A stretch of 64,000 bases of DNA from the NCBI GenBank assembly GCA_964464175.1, contig CAYXFD010000013.1:8391-72390 (forward strand), read 5' to 3'. Positions 1-8,484 of the stretch are shown here, in pieces (within the stretch, counting starts at the first letter, position 1; every line of letters starts with the position of its first letter). This DNA comes from an uncultured Candidatus Cloacimonadota bacterium (GTDB taxonomy: Bacteria > Cloacimonadota > Cloacimonadia > Cloacimonadales > JAJBBL01). The translations under genes were made by a program, and so were the position numbers. The notes beneath the pieces are model-generated. The model saw nothing but the letters and a program-made list of their open reading frames with translations, searched no databases and was not told where the DNA came from.

Positions 1-156
1 AGCAAAGCAAATATCAATTTTGAGATTATCAGGCATCTGACTCGAATATGGAGCCAAAGGGGGTTTATAAGTATCCGCCAATACGAAGCTTTATCTAATC
101 AAATCAATCTGATCGGGGCTCAGATAGGGGGTTGGAAAAAAAAAGATGGAAAATAA
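1..156 (+). CDS. avd: Accessory variability determinant (Avd-like four-helix-bundle protein), C-terminal fragment; 5' end outside window
   Basis: The frame-1 translation has no stop from base 1: SKANINFEIIRHLTRIWSQRGFISIRQYEALSNQINLIGAQIGGWKKKDGK*. The stop is at 154-156. The helical heptad-like sequence ends in the basic IGxxxGGWxK tail typical of Avd / 23S-rRNA-IVS family proteins. It ends 2 nt before the RT start codon. Confidence 0.65.
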   Translation, partial: SKANINFEIIRHLTRIWSQRGFISIRQYEALSNQINLIGAQIGGWKKKDGK

Positions 157-158
157 CG

Positions 159-1238
159 ATGCCTAAGAGGATTGGCTATCTTTACGAAAAGATTTATGAT
201 TGGAGCAATCTCTTAAACGCTTATCATAAAGCCGGAAGGTCAAAAAAAGAGAGACCGGATGTATTAGGCTTTGAGTTTGATTTAGAGAACCAATTGGTTC
301 TGATCCAAAGAGATTTGAAGGCTCAGGCTTACAGATTCGAGGGGTATCACAAATTCAATATTTATGAACCGAAAGAGCGAACTATCCATTGTGCTCCCTT
401 TAGAGATAGAGTAGTACATCACGCCATTAGCAATATCCTTAATCCGATCCTCGATCGCAGTATGATTCCGGACACTTATGCCTGCAGAAACAATAAAGGA
501 CTCCATCGTGCCTTAAAAAGGGCATTCTACTTCTACAGAAACTCTCGCTACTGCTACAAATTTGACGTCAGGAAGTTTTTCTACACAATTGATCATGAAA
601 TCTTGATGAGGAAAGTTTCCGGAAAAATCAAAGATCCGAAATTGTTGAATCTGCTGAGAGAGCTCCTTAATACATACGATAGCGGTATCGACTACTATTT
701 TCGTTTTGAACAAGATGATCTGATTGATATGATGAGGAACAGGGGTCTTCCCATAGGTAATCTAACAAGCCAAATCTTCGGAAACTTTTTCCTTTCTGAT
801 TTAGATCACTTTATCAAAGAGGATTTGAGACAGAGGTCTTATATACGTTATATGGATGATGCTTTAGTTTTTGCAGAAAACCTGGAAGAGCTTAAAACTG
901 CTAAATCTAAGATCACAAACAAATTAGCTGAAGACCGTCTGTTCATTCATCCCGATAAAAACATAATTAGCAATGTAAAAAGGGGGATCAATTTCTTAGG
1001 GTTCAGATTTTTTCAAGATCAGATCAGACTTCAGAATAAGAATCTCGTTAGATTCAAGAAAAAGCTAAAAAAAAGAGCACAACTGAACCTCTCTTATGCT
1101 GAGCATTTACTTAGTTTAAACGGACATTTGGGGTTTATTTCTGCCGGTAACACATTTAGGATTACGGAGATAGTATTGTCGGAAGTTGAGTTTAACCACA
1201 ACCAAAAAAAATACAGTTTTACTTTACAAAGGGTATGA
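159..1238 (+). CDS. DGR-type reverse transcriptase
   Basis: RT motifs are present: RTIHCAPFRDRVVHHAI, YKFDVRKFFYTIDHEIL, LPIGNLTSQIFGNFFLSDLD and SYIRYMDDALVF (YMDD catalytic box). LPIGNLTSQ is the I/LGxxxSQ motif-4 signature of DGR RTs. The N-terminus MPKRIGYLYEKIYDW is typical, so ATG 159 is preferred over the TTG at 132 given in the ORF track. Confidence 0.9.
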   Translation: MPKRIGYLYEKIYDWSNLLNAYHKAGRSKKERPDVLGFEFDLENQLVLIQRDLKAQAYRFEGYHKFNIYEPKERTIHCAPFRDRVVHHAISNILNPILDRSMIPDTYACRNNKGLHRALKRAFYFYRNSRYCYKFDVRKFFYTIDHEILMRKVSGKIKDPKLLNLLRELLNTYDSGIDYYFRFEQDDLIDMMRNRGLPIGNLTSQIFGNFFLSDLDHFIKEDLRQRSYIRYMDDALVFAENLEELKTAKSKITNKLAEDRLFIHPDKNIISNVKRGINFLGFRFFQDQIRLQNKNLVRFKKKLKKRAQLNLSYAEHLLSLNGHLGFISAGNTFRITEIVLSEVEFNHNQKKYSFTLQRV

Positions 1239-1380
1239 TACGAACATTAGAGCCGTTTTGCGTGGCGGGTCGTGGAACAACAACGACAACAACTGTCGTG
1301 TTGCCAACCGCAATAGGAACAATCGGTCAAACACCAACAACAACAACGGGTTTCGTGTTGCCAAGACTGTTTTTTGCCGG
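1225..1380 (+). repeat. DGR template repeat (TR), approximate boundaries; non-coding RNA template
   Basis: It starts at the RT stop codon. Read in the 1186 frame it gives YDTNIRAVLRGGSWNNNDNNCRVANRNRNNRSNTNNNNGFRVAKT, the C-terminal loop of an FGE-sulfatase/C-type-lectin fold. There are 12 AAC and 2 AAT codons within the 24 codons at 1276-1347, the adenine-rich pattern used by DGR mutagenic retrohoming. Exact ends cannot be set without the VR. Confidence 0.75.
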
Positions 1381-1661
1381 AATCGCTGTTCTAATAAAAC
1401 AGGAGAGAGCAAGAGAAAAGAGTCCAGTATCTTATCCTGTGCCCACAGAGCCGAAGTATATGATGAAGGTTAGTAGCAGAGTCGAAAGCCGGAAATTTTA
1501 TGATGTATTCGATTTTTAAGAATGCAGGCAACTTAGCTTGTTTTTGGAGTTAATAGGTTAACCGGATAGGATTTGCTGAAATTCGGGTGTATTTAAATAA
1601 GGAATGAATTCTTTATTGACGTAAGACGATAGTTATTAGTTCGAGGAATCGGGAGTTATTT

Positions 1662-2603
1662 ATGAAACTGCTATGTGATAATTGTGGTAAAGAGATTTTT
1701 GGTTCGGTAAATTTTTGCCCTTTTTGCGGTGAAGAAGCTCCACGGAAGACTGTTGTTTTTGGTGATTCTGCGAAGAAGATCGAAAATCCCAAATACTGTC
1801 CCGATTGCCGCCAGGCTAATCTTAGAAATGCTATGTTTTGTTCTATTTGTGGAGAAATGATCTATAAGAAACCGGAAAAAGAAGTGATCTTCTGTGGAGA
1901 ATGCGGAGAGAAGAATAAAAGTAAAGCTGTGATCTGCTGCTCTTGCGGCATTTCTTTAGCCGATTGGTTTACAATGAAAGGAAAGGTGGCTGAGGAGTTA
2001 AGTTATAAGGGGAATCTGAAACTGACTGAGAAAATGAACGGTATTACTTACATTTTTCTCTCAAAACCACTCTTTACTATTGGCAGAAGAGAAGAGAATG
2101 ATCTGGTAATCAAATGCCGATGGGTTTCAGGTAAACACTGCTATTTCGACTTACAAAAACAATTATTTATAGATTCCAGCCGGAACGGTACTTTTATCAA
2201 CCGTAACCCTACTCATATCAAGAGTGAAAAGATGCCATTCATTTCAGAGTTTAATGTTGCAGGTTCATTTACCTTTTCTTTTCTAAAGAAAGATAATCTC
2301 TATTGTTTGCACCTGGGTGCCATTTTAGACGAGGAAGAGTGCCGAAGAAATGGTGATGGAGAGAGTTTCGACAGATTAAGAAAAAACTACTATCTGTTCA
2401 CCACGGGAGACTTCAAGGTTGATATCCAAAAGCTCGATGGGGCGATAACATCAAAGAAGAAAAGACCAGGTGTTTCTCTTTATACTATACATCAGGAGAA
2501 TGGTTACTACTACTATACTGACATAGACCGTGGTTTGGAACGAATACTGATCATGAAGGACAATAATATACTACCCGATCATTGGATTATTGACTTCGTA
2601 TGA
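1662..2603 (+). CDS. Triple zinc-ribbon / FHA domain protein
   Basis: Three CxxC...CxxC ribbons are present (CDNCGKEIFGSVNFCPFCG, CPDCRQANLRNAMFCSICG, CGECGEKNKSKAVICCSCG). They are followed by an FHA core, FTIGRREENDLVIKCRWVSGKHCYFDLQKQLFIDSSRNGTFINRNP. The ~110-aa C-terminal region is unassigned. Confidence 0.8.
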   Translation: MKLLCDNCGKEIFGSVNFCPFCGEEAPRKTVVFGDSAKKIENPKYCPDCRQANLRNAMFCSICGEMIYKKPEKEVIFCGECGEKNKSKAVICCSCGISLADWFTMKGKVAEELSYKGNLKLTEKMNGITYIFLSKPLFTIGRREENDLVIKCRWVSGKHCYFDLQKQLFIDSSRNGTFINRNPTHIKSEKMPFISEFNVAGSFTFSFLKKDNLYCLHLGAILDEEECRRNGDGESFDRLRKNYYLFTTGDFKVDIQKLDGAITSKKKRPGVSLYTIHQENGYYYYTDIDRGLERILIMKDNNILPDHWIIDFV

Positions 2604-2807
2604 TAGGGCTACATAAACCGGAAGATTGAGTTATGAGAAAGTATCAATAATTTCGATGGAAGATTAAGAATTCTAAAACTTGGGCACATATTAGGCACAC
2701 AATATTTTGTAATTTAGTCATTAGGTCGGACACAAATACTTGCTAACATATTGATAAAATTATATATAGGCATACATATATAGCAGTCCCCAAAGAGTTG
2801 CTTCTTG

Positions 2808-2856
2808 TGATTCGTAATCAGTAGGTCGGGGGTTCGAATCCCCCTTTTAGCTCCAG
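2808..2856 (+). pseudogene. tRNA-Thr(CGU)-like 3' fragment (anticodon loop to CCA) with no 5' half; putative att-site scar
   Basis: The sequence is tga-TTCGTAA-tca-gt-aggtc-GGGGG-TTCGAAT-CCCCC-ttttagc-t-cca. It has a 7-nt anticodon loop with U33 and A37 and anticodon CGT, an AGGTC variable loop, a perfect T-arm with a TTCGAAT loop, a 7-nt acceptor 3' strand, a discriminator and an encoded CCA. Pairing breaks down upstream of 2808, and no D-arm or 5' acceptor strand (gctaaaa) exists within 120 nt. Confidence 0.55.
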
Positions 2857-3609
2857 TTTTAAATCTCTTCTATTCAGTCACTTATATCACTTCTTAGTCT
2901 AATCATTGCAGTATTTAGGGAATCAATATACAACATGTCAGTAACTATTTCTGAAGATAAGGTACCAGATATCCTGTTTGAACTTGTTGGTCAAATATTC
3001 TGCGGATGCATTCTGGATTAGCTGACAGAATCAAGAATAGGGTAAAAAAACAAGCTTGTGAGGTCTTTTCTGTAGCTGATGCATAGATTGCAGCCTTAAT
3101 CAAGAAAGGTTGGATTTGTCCCGCCACAGGAGCCTATTCAATGCTTCGCTTGCCTATTCCTCTATCATACCTTCTTTAGTTTTTCTTCTTAGTATGGCTC
3201 AAAATATGCCGGGTAGTCTTCTCTCTGAGTGAGTGGATAGGATACCCTTATCGCATTTATCTGAGAGAAGACTCAGCAAAATGTCTGCGAGAAAATGAGT
3301 GTATTCAGTGCTGTAGCTGAACCCATGGAGAAAACAGATAGTATAAGATACGTGATGCCTTATCTAAAACGATAGAGAATCCGGACCAGCGCTCCCTATA
3401 CTCATTATCTATTACTGCATCACAGCTAATAACTGCAACATAGTCAGCCGTTGTTATCTCAATTTTTTCGCGGGGTTTGGGAAGAACATATTCTCCTGTT
3501 CACGTTAACTCTACCCTAAGTAATGGCTCGTTGACGAAGTCATTGATAATAATCTGGTTATCAATGATTTTTCCAATAGTCTGAAGAGTGAAGCGGAGGC
3601 AGATAATCA

Positions 3610-4380
3610 TTATCTCTTTGGGAACCAAGGGAAGAAAACGCTCGTATGTTTAGCATATTCCTGATATTCGGGATTATCGGCGTTCTTCTTCTCTAAAAGA
3701 GGTATCCCTGATACGAACAATAGCAGAGTAGTAATAATCAGAGGGCTGAAGATAGTCAACAGGCCATAGGGCACATTAAGCATTATCAGAAAGATACCCC
3801 ACCACATAGCTGCTTCACCAAAATAGTTAGGGTGGCGCGTGTACCGCCAAAGACCGGACTTCATGACTTTGCCCCTATTTTCATCTTTGCTCTTAAAACA
3901 GGTTTTTTGCAGATCTCCTATAGATTCGAAATAGAAGCCAATGAGCCATATAAACAAACCTAATAGATCGAGCAGAGAAAACGGTTTCCCTTTGTCATAA
4001 TGTAAAACAAAGACGGGATAGGCAATAGTGAGCATAAGAAAGCCTTGAAGCATAAAGACCTGCAGGTAACTACGGATAATCCAATTCTTACCCCAATCCT
4101 GTCGCCATTTAGCATAGCGAAAATCTTCTTTTTTGCCTTTATTTCTGCTATAGATGTAGTTAGCCAATCGTATTCCCCATATAAAAATCAGAGAAGTAAC
4201 TAAGGTTTGTCGAGGATTATAGTCAGAGAACAGCAGGTAGTTCGATAAGAAAATGAGAATAAACCCTAAACCCCAGCCAATATCTACAATTGAGTTATCC
4301 TTAATCAGCAAAGCGAGCACAAAAAGGATACTCATAAACATAAATACCTGCAATACCGTAAACAAAATAATATTCAGCAT
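3610..4380 (-). CDS. DUF1295 / steroid-5-alpha-reductase-like polytopic membrane protein
   Basis: It is multi-pass hydrophobic and carries the family motif [22 protein letters not shown] near the C-terminus. Confidence 0.8.
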   Translation of the reverse strand: MLNIILFTVLQVFMFMSILFVLALLIKDNSIVDIGWGLGFILIFLSNYLLFSDYNPRQTLVTSLIFIWGIRLANYIYSRNKGKKEDFRYAKWRQDWGKNWIIRSYLQVFMLQGFLMLTIAYPVFVLHYDKGKPFSLLDLLGLFIWLIGFYFESIGDLQKTCFKSKDENRGKVMKSGLWRYTRHPNYFGEAAMWWGIFLIMLNVPYGLLTIFSPLIITTLLLFVSGIPLLEKKNADNPEYQEYAKHTSVFFPWFPKR

Positions 4381-4392
4381 CTTTCCCCTTTT

Positions 4393-6162
4393 TTATTTGA
4401 TCATTATTCCAATAGCAACGGCACCAATCCCGTTATGGACGCCCAAAACGGGTGATAAAGGCATTACAAAGGCAGGTTCTTTACCCAAAGCTGTGGTCAA
4501 CTTGTCCTGATAGATCAGTGCTCTGTCAAGTGCATCAGCATGAACAATGGCGTATTTCCAGATATCATTATCTTTAGCCATATCGGCGATAGCAGCAGTG
4601 ATTTTTTTCATATTATCTTTTCGGCTGAAAGACTTCCCATAAGCTTTAGCTTTACCCTGTTTATCTACCGAGAGAATCGGTTTTAGATTAAGTGCCTTGG
4701 CAATAATCCCTTTAAAAGGGCTGACCCGTCCACCCCGAACCAAATATTTCAGGGTATTAACATCAGTGAGGATATGGGCTTTATTTATCCAGGTATCTAA
4801 GTTTTCATCAACTTCAGCAGCGGACATGCCGGAACTGATGGCTTCTGCTATTCTTAGTACAATGAGTCCTTGACTAACAGATAGATGACGGGTGTTAACA
4901 GCTTTGATGTTAGTAAACTTAGTTGCATATTTTTGCGCTGTTTGATAGATACCCGTCAGCTCTTTCGAAATATGCACTGCATAGACTCTCTGATAATGGT
5001 TGGACATGAATTCCAGAAGATACTCTATATGTTTGGGACTCGGTTGGGAACTCACCGGATGAACTTTTTCCATTTTCAGCATGCTATAAAACTGCTCGGG
5101 TAGGATTGTTTTCTGATCTAAAAAGATGTTCTCACCAAAGTTTATTCCGAATGATAACCGCTGAATCTGATACTTTTCCAATAATTCTAAAGGTAAGTCA
5201 CAAGCCGAATCGGTGACAATACCCAGAGGAAACTTTCTTTGGTGGCTGATCAGATATTGCATAAGCATATCATCGACCTTGATATTAAGAATTAGTCCGT
5301 AATCTTTGACATCAAAGAAAAAACGAGCAGGGTCATCCGTATGAATATGCAGATGTATCTTTTCAGTAGTACCGGCGACGATAAATGATTGGCCGTATGA
5401 GCGAAACTTCTCTTTAAACTCAGCCAAGCTGAGAGAAGGTTTGCCGATAACTGCCTCAGTACAGTAACGGACACCGGTTGTGTGGTCTGTATGTGCATCT
5501 TTGAGCTCGTCTTCCGGCAGTTTGGTCAGCTTCATCTCCCGGAGCTGATAATTCCCTTTCTTCAGATATTCCAGAATACCTTCTAATAGATAAACAAAAG
5601 CTTTAGCACCGGCATCAACAACCTTCGCATCAGCCAATACCTTTAACTTGGCAGGAGTTTTCTCCAGGGAACTAAGTGCTTCCCGGTAAGCATCCTGCAA
5701 TAGCTCATAGACATCATTTGTCTTATTACTCTGCTTCAATAAAGCATCAGCCCAATCCTTTATGACTGTAAGCATCGTGCCTTCTACCGGTTCGACCAGC
5801 GAGTCATATACATGTTTGATTGCTTTAACAGCAGACTCAGAAAAACTTTGAGCTGTAACACGCAGACTGTCATCCAACTCTAAACTTATCCCTAAGAGAT
5901 ATTGAGTAAAGATAATCCCCGAGTTTCCCCGTGCGCCTGAAAGACCTGAATCGGCCATTGACTGTAAGGTTGATTTTAAAGAACGTGCGGGTTCAGTTCC
6001 TTCTATTATAGAGCTAAGGGTTGAAGCCATATTTGTTCCCGTGTCGGCATCTGCTACTGGGAAAACGTTTATTCTGTTGAGATACTCCCGATTTTTGATT
6101 AGGTTTTCGGCACCATAAATAAAAGCCAGAAAAAAGCCTTTACCATCTATATATTGGATCAT
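4393..6162 (-). CDS. DAK2 (DhaL-like) domain / DegV fatty-acid-binding domain fusion protein
   Basis: The N-terminal half has VFPVADADTGTNMAST and GARGNSGIIFTQ (DhaL/Dak2 nucleotide-binding motifs). The C-terminal half starts LGIVTDSACDLP (DegV). Confidence 0.85.
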   Translation of the reverse strand: MIQYIDGKGFFLAFIYGAENLIKNREYLNRINVFPVADADTGTNMASTLSSIIEGTEPARSLKSTLQSMADSGLSGARGNSGIIFTQYLLGISLELDDSLRVTAQSFSESAVKAIKHVYDSLVEPVEGTMLTVIKDWADALLKQSNKTNDVYELLQDAYREALSSLEKTPAKLKVLADAKVVDAGAKAFVYLLEGILEYLKKGNYQLREMKLTKLPEDELKDAHTDHTTGVRYCTEAVIGKPSLSLAEFKEKFRSYGQSFIVAGTTEKIHLHIHTDDPARFFFDVKDYGLILNIKVDDMLMQYLISHQRKFPLGIVTDSACDLPLELLEKYQIQRLSFGINFGENIFLDQKTILPEQFYSMLKMEKVHPVSSQPSPKHIEYLLEFMSNHYQRVYAVHISKELTGIYQTAQKYATKFTNIKAVNTRHLSVSQGLIVLRIAEAISSGMSAAEVDENLDTWINKAHILTDVNTLKYLVRGGRVSPFKGIIAKALNLKPILSVDKQGKAKAYGKSFSRKDNMKKITAAIADMAKDNDIWKYAIVHADALDRALIYQDKLTTALGKEPAFVMPLSPVLGVHNGIGAVAIGIMIK

Positions 6163-6176
6163 AAATAACGCCTCTG

Positions 6177-6629
6177 TTACTGAAACTGCGGCATAGCAAC
6201 AATCTTTTCCGTATCATACCCTATCTTTTTAAGTCTTGCTATAATCTCTTTATATGTGTTTTCTGCTATCTTTGGAGTCCTGTTCATTATCCAGACAAAT
6301 TTTCTGTTAGGGACGCCAATAACAGTATAACTGTAATCATCTGCCAGGTCAATAATCAGATAAGGAAACCTGATAGGGTAGAAAAATTGCACACGCCATT
6401 CGGCATTAGTCTCTTTATTATAGACCCAAGCTTTGGAGTGTATCACCTTAAGCTTCCCGTCCGGAGAATTTTTTCTAAACTGATACTCAATAGCTATAGA
6501 ACCGTCATCTTTAAGCGTATAAGTCTCTATACCATTGACTGCATTCTTTTCGATAAAATTTGGGATTATCCCCATTACATACCAACTTCCCATAAATCTT
6601 TTTAAATCGACATTTTCAACTGTTTCCAT
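6177..6629 (-). CDS. Lipocalin family protein (Blc-like)
   Basis: It has VDLKRFMGSWYVMGIIPN (lipocalin SCR1-like GxW motif) and is ~150 aa long. ATG 6629 is preceded by gtgagg; the ORF track uses an upstream GTG at 6641. Confidence 0.7.
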   Translation of the reverse strand: METVENVDLKRFMGSWYVMGIIPNFIEKNAVNGIETYTLKDDGSIAIEYQFRKNSPDGKLKVIHSKAWVYNKETNAEWRVQFFYPIRFPYLIIDLADDYSYTVIGVPNRKFVWIMNRTPKIAENTYKEIIARLKKIGYDTEKIVAMPQFQ

Positions 6630-6930
6630 AGATAGCCTCACTGATCAGGATAGGGCAATTAATAATAAAAAAACACAAGTATCAATCTCATCTTAACTTC
6701 CTTCGCTTCTTTCATTCAAGATAAACCAAATATAAATCCAGCAGAGCAACTTTTTTTTGCTTTCACTCCAAAATACCTTTTGCGATGTCTTCGCTCCGTT
6801 ATAGATACGTCTCTTTACGACGCAACTCGATACTTAGATTAGGAGCCTGACCGCTCTGTTTTTTTCTAACGATAACAAAGGCAGAGATGATTGTTATGAT
6901 GAGGATTTGATTTCTGAATTGCACTTCCAT

Positions 6931-8283
6931 TTATTTATCAACAACAGGGAGAACCAGATTTGTGATGATCGCTGTCAGGCCTCCGGTGGTGACAGGTGCA
7001 GAAAAAATATTCCTCAACGTCTCCGGCAGATTGTTCAGAGCTTGCGGTACAAGCTGTACCCCCAATCCCATACTAAACGAGATTGCGATGATCATCATTG
7101 CCCGCCGGTCGATCTTATGAGAGGCGATGATCTTGATACCTGCTGCTGCGACTGTTCCAAACATAATGATCGTAGCCCCGCCCAGTACCGGTTTTGGCAT
7201 CTGCTGAAACACCCCGCCGATCAGAGGGAACAGACCCAAAAGAACAAGAAGACCGGCAATATAGATCCCCACATATCGGCTGGCAACTCCGGTAAGCTGG
7301 ATAACCCCGTTATTCTGACTGAAGGTCGTATTGGGGAAAGTGTTGAATATTGCTGCCAGGGCGGAATTGAAACCGTCTCCTAATACACCCCCTTTGATTC
7401 TTTTGATATATAGATCACCCTGGATCGGTTCCCGGGATACCATTGAAGTTGCAGTCAGATCCCCGATAGACTCAATAGTGGTGATAAGATAAACAAGAGC
7501 AATCGGTACAAAGGCTTCCCAGCGAAACCCAAAACCATATTTAAAGGGGATGGGTATGCTGACAGCAGGCAGGTTACGCAAACTGCTCAGATCAACAATT
7601 CCCAGAAAAAGAGATACTGTATATCCCGCAACCAAGCCTATCACGATGGAACTCATCCGCAAAAACTGATTTCGGCTACGGTTGAAGATAACGATAATAA
7701 TGAGAACCAGAAAAGCCAAACCCAGATTTTCAAAGCTGCCGAACTCTTCCGGTCGGTTATCCAGCAGCCACTGACCTCCCGCCATATCGGTGAGACCAAC
7801 CTTGATCAAGCTCAATCCTATCAAGGAAACAACGATCCCCGTAACGGTGGGAGTGATGACTTTCTTGAGATGATGCAGGAATCTGCTCAAGATCATTTCG
7901 ATGAAAGCACCGAGAAAACACATCCCGAAAATGACTCCGAGTATCTCCTGCGAACTACCCCCTCTGCTTCTAACAAGCAATCCGGCACTCAGAATAGCTC
8001 CCAGAAAGGCAAAACTTGTACCCTGAATACTTAAAAGTCCGGAACCGATAGGTCCGAAACGCTTGATCTGAATAAAAGTAGCCATTCCGGAAACGATGAG
8101 TGACATACTGATAAGATAGGGAATTTCTGCTTCCAGACCCAGAATACCGCCGATCACCAGTGTCGGTGTTATGATACCGACAAAGATAGCCAGCAGATGT
8201 TGAAGGGCAGCAAAGATAGAATCACGAACCGGTGGTCTATCCGCCAGAGTGTAGATGAGATCAGTTTTATACTCTTCTTTCAT
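6931..8283 (-). CDS. NCS2 family nucleobase (xanthine/uracil-type) permease
   Basis: The protein is a ~450-aa polytopic membrane protein. It has IFAALQHLLAIFVGIITPTLVIG near the N-terminus and TTFSQNNGVIQLTGVASRYV later, both typical of uracil-xanthine permeases. Confidence 0.85.
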   Translation of the reverse strand: MKEEYKTDLIYTLADRPPVRDSIFAALQHLLAIFVGIITPTLVIGGILGLEAEIPYLISMSLIVSGMATFIQIKRFGPIGSGLLSIQGTSFAFLGAILSAGLLVRSRGGSSQEILGVIFGMCFLGAFIEMILSRFLHHLKKVITPTVTGIVVSLIGLSLIKVGLTDMAGGQWLLDNRPEEFGSFENLGLAFLVLIIIVIFNRSRNQFLRMSSIVIGLVAGYTVSLFLGIVDLSSLRNLPAVSIPIPFKYGFGFRWEAFVPIALVYLITTIESIGDLTATSMVSREPIQGDLYIKRIKGGVLGDGFNSALAAIFNTFPNTTFSQNNGVIQLTGVASRYVGIYIAGLLVLLGLFPLIGGVFQQMPKPVLGGATIIMFGTVAAAGIKIIASHKIDRRAMMIIAISFSMGLGVQLVPQALNNLPETLRNIFSAPVTTGGLTAIITNLVLPVVDK

Positions 8284-8484
8284 AATCTCTTTTCTCCTTT
8301 CGGCAACATATCTAATTTAGAGCTCAGTTGTCAAAATAAAAAAGGAAATTTCTCTTTATCAAGAACTGCTCCAAAGAAATATCTTGTTCAAATGTTCCTA
8401 TGAGTAGTTTTAGTACAAACAATACCCGTAACTAAACTATCTTTTCCCTGTTAGAGGGATAATTAGATCAGAGGAGAAAAGGAG

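Larger units (their letters stand above)
1..1380 (+). mobile_element. Diversity-generating retroelement (DGR) core, partial: avd 3' end, RT and template repeat; target gene and VR not in window
   Basis: Three hallmark parts lie next to each other on one strand (see the individual features). The cassette runs off the left edge of the window. Confidence 0.8.

Noticed and set aside
1186-1519. ORF-track ORFs of 95 aa (1186-1473), 94 aa (1235-1519) and antisense 62 aa (1224-1412)
   Set aside because: They are read-throughs of the DGR template repeat. Their poly-Asn or poly-Thr low-complexity translations have no RBS and no sensible start. The region is better explained as a non-coding RNA template.
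2806-2856. Intact tRNA, or the 3' end of a tmRNA (tagctcc-a would pair with a GGGGCTA 5' end)
   Set aside because: No 5' acceptor strand or D-arm lies within 120 nt, so it is not an intact tRNA. A tmRNA reading leaves 3 unpaired nt between T-stem and acceptor. No GGGGCT 5' end, tag-peptide frame or pseudoknot-like GC-rich body exists in the AT-rich upstream 350 nt, which is partly occupied by a CDS. No permuted coding piece lies downstream either.
3500-3502. TGA recoding (genetic code 4 or 25) as the explanation for the in-frame TGA
   Set aside because: TGA clearly terminates well-supported genes in this window, for example the RT at 1236-1238 and the FHA protein at 2601-2603. A global reassignment is therefore excluded.
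8284-8484. Purine/xanthine riboswitch in the 5' leader of the NCS2 nucleobase permease
   Set aside because: I read the minus-strand leader and could not find the conserved purine-riboswitch core (the three-way junction sequence with the loop-loop motifs).
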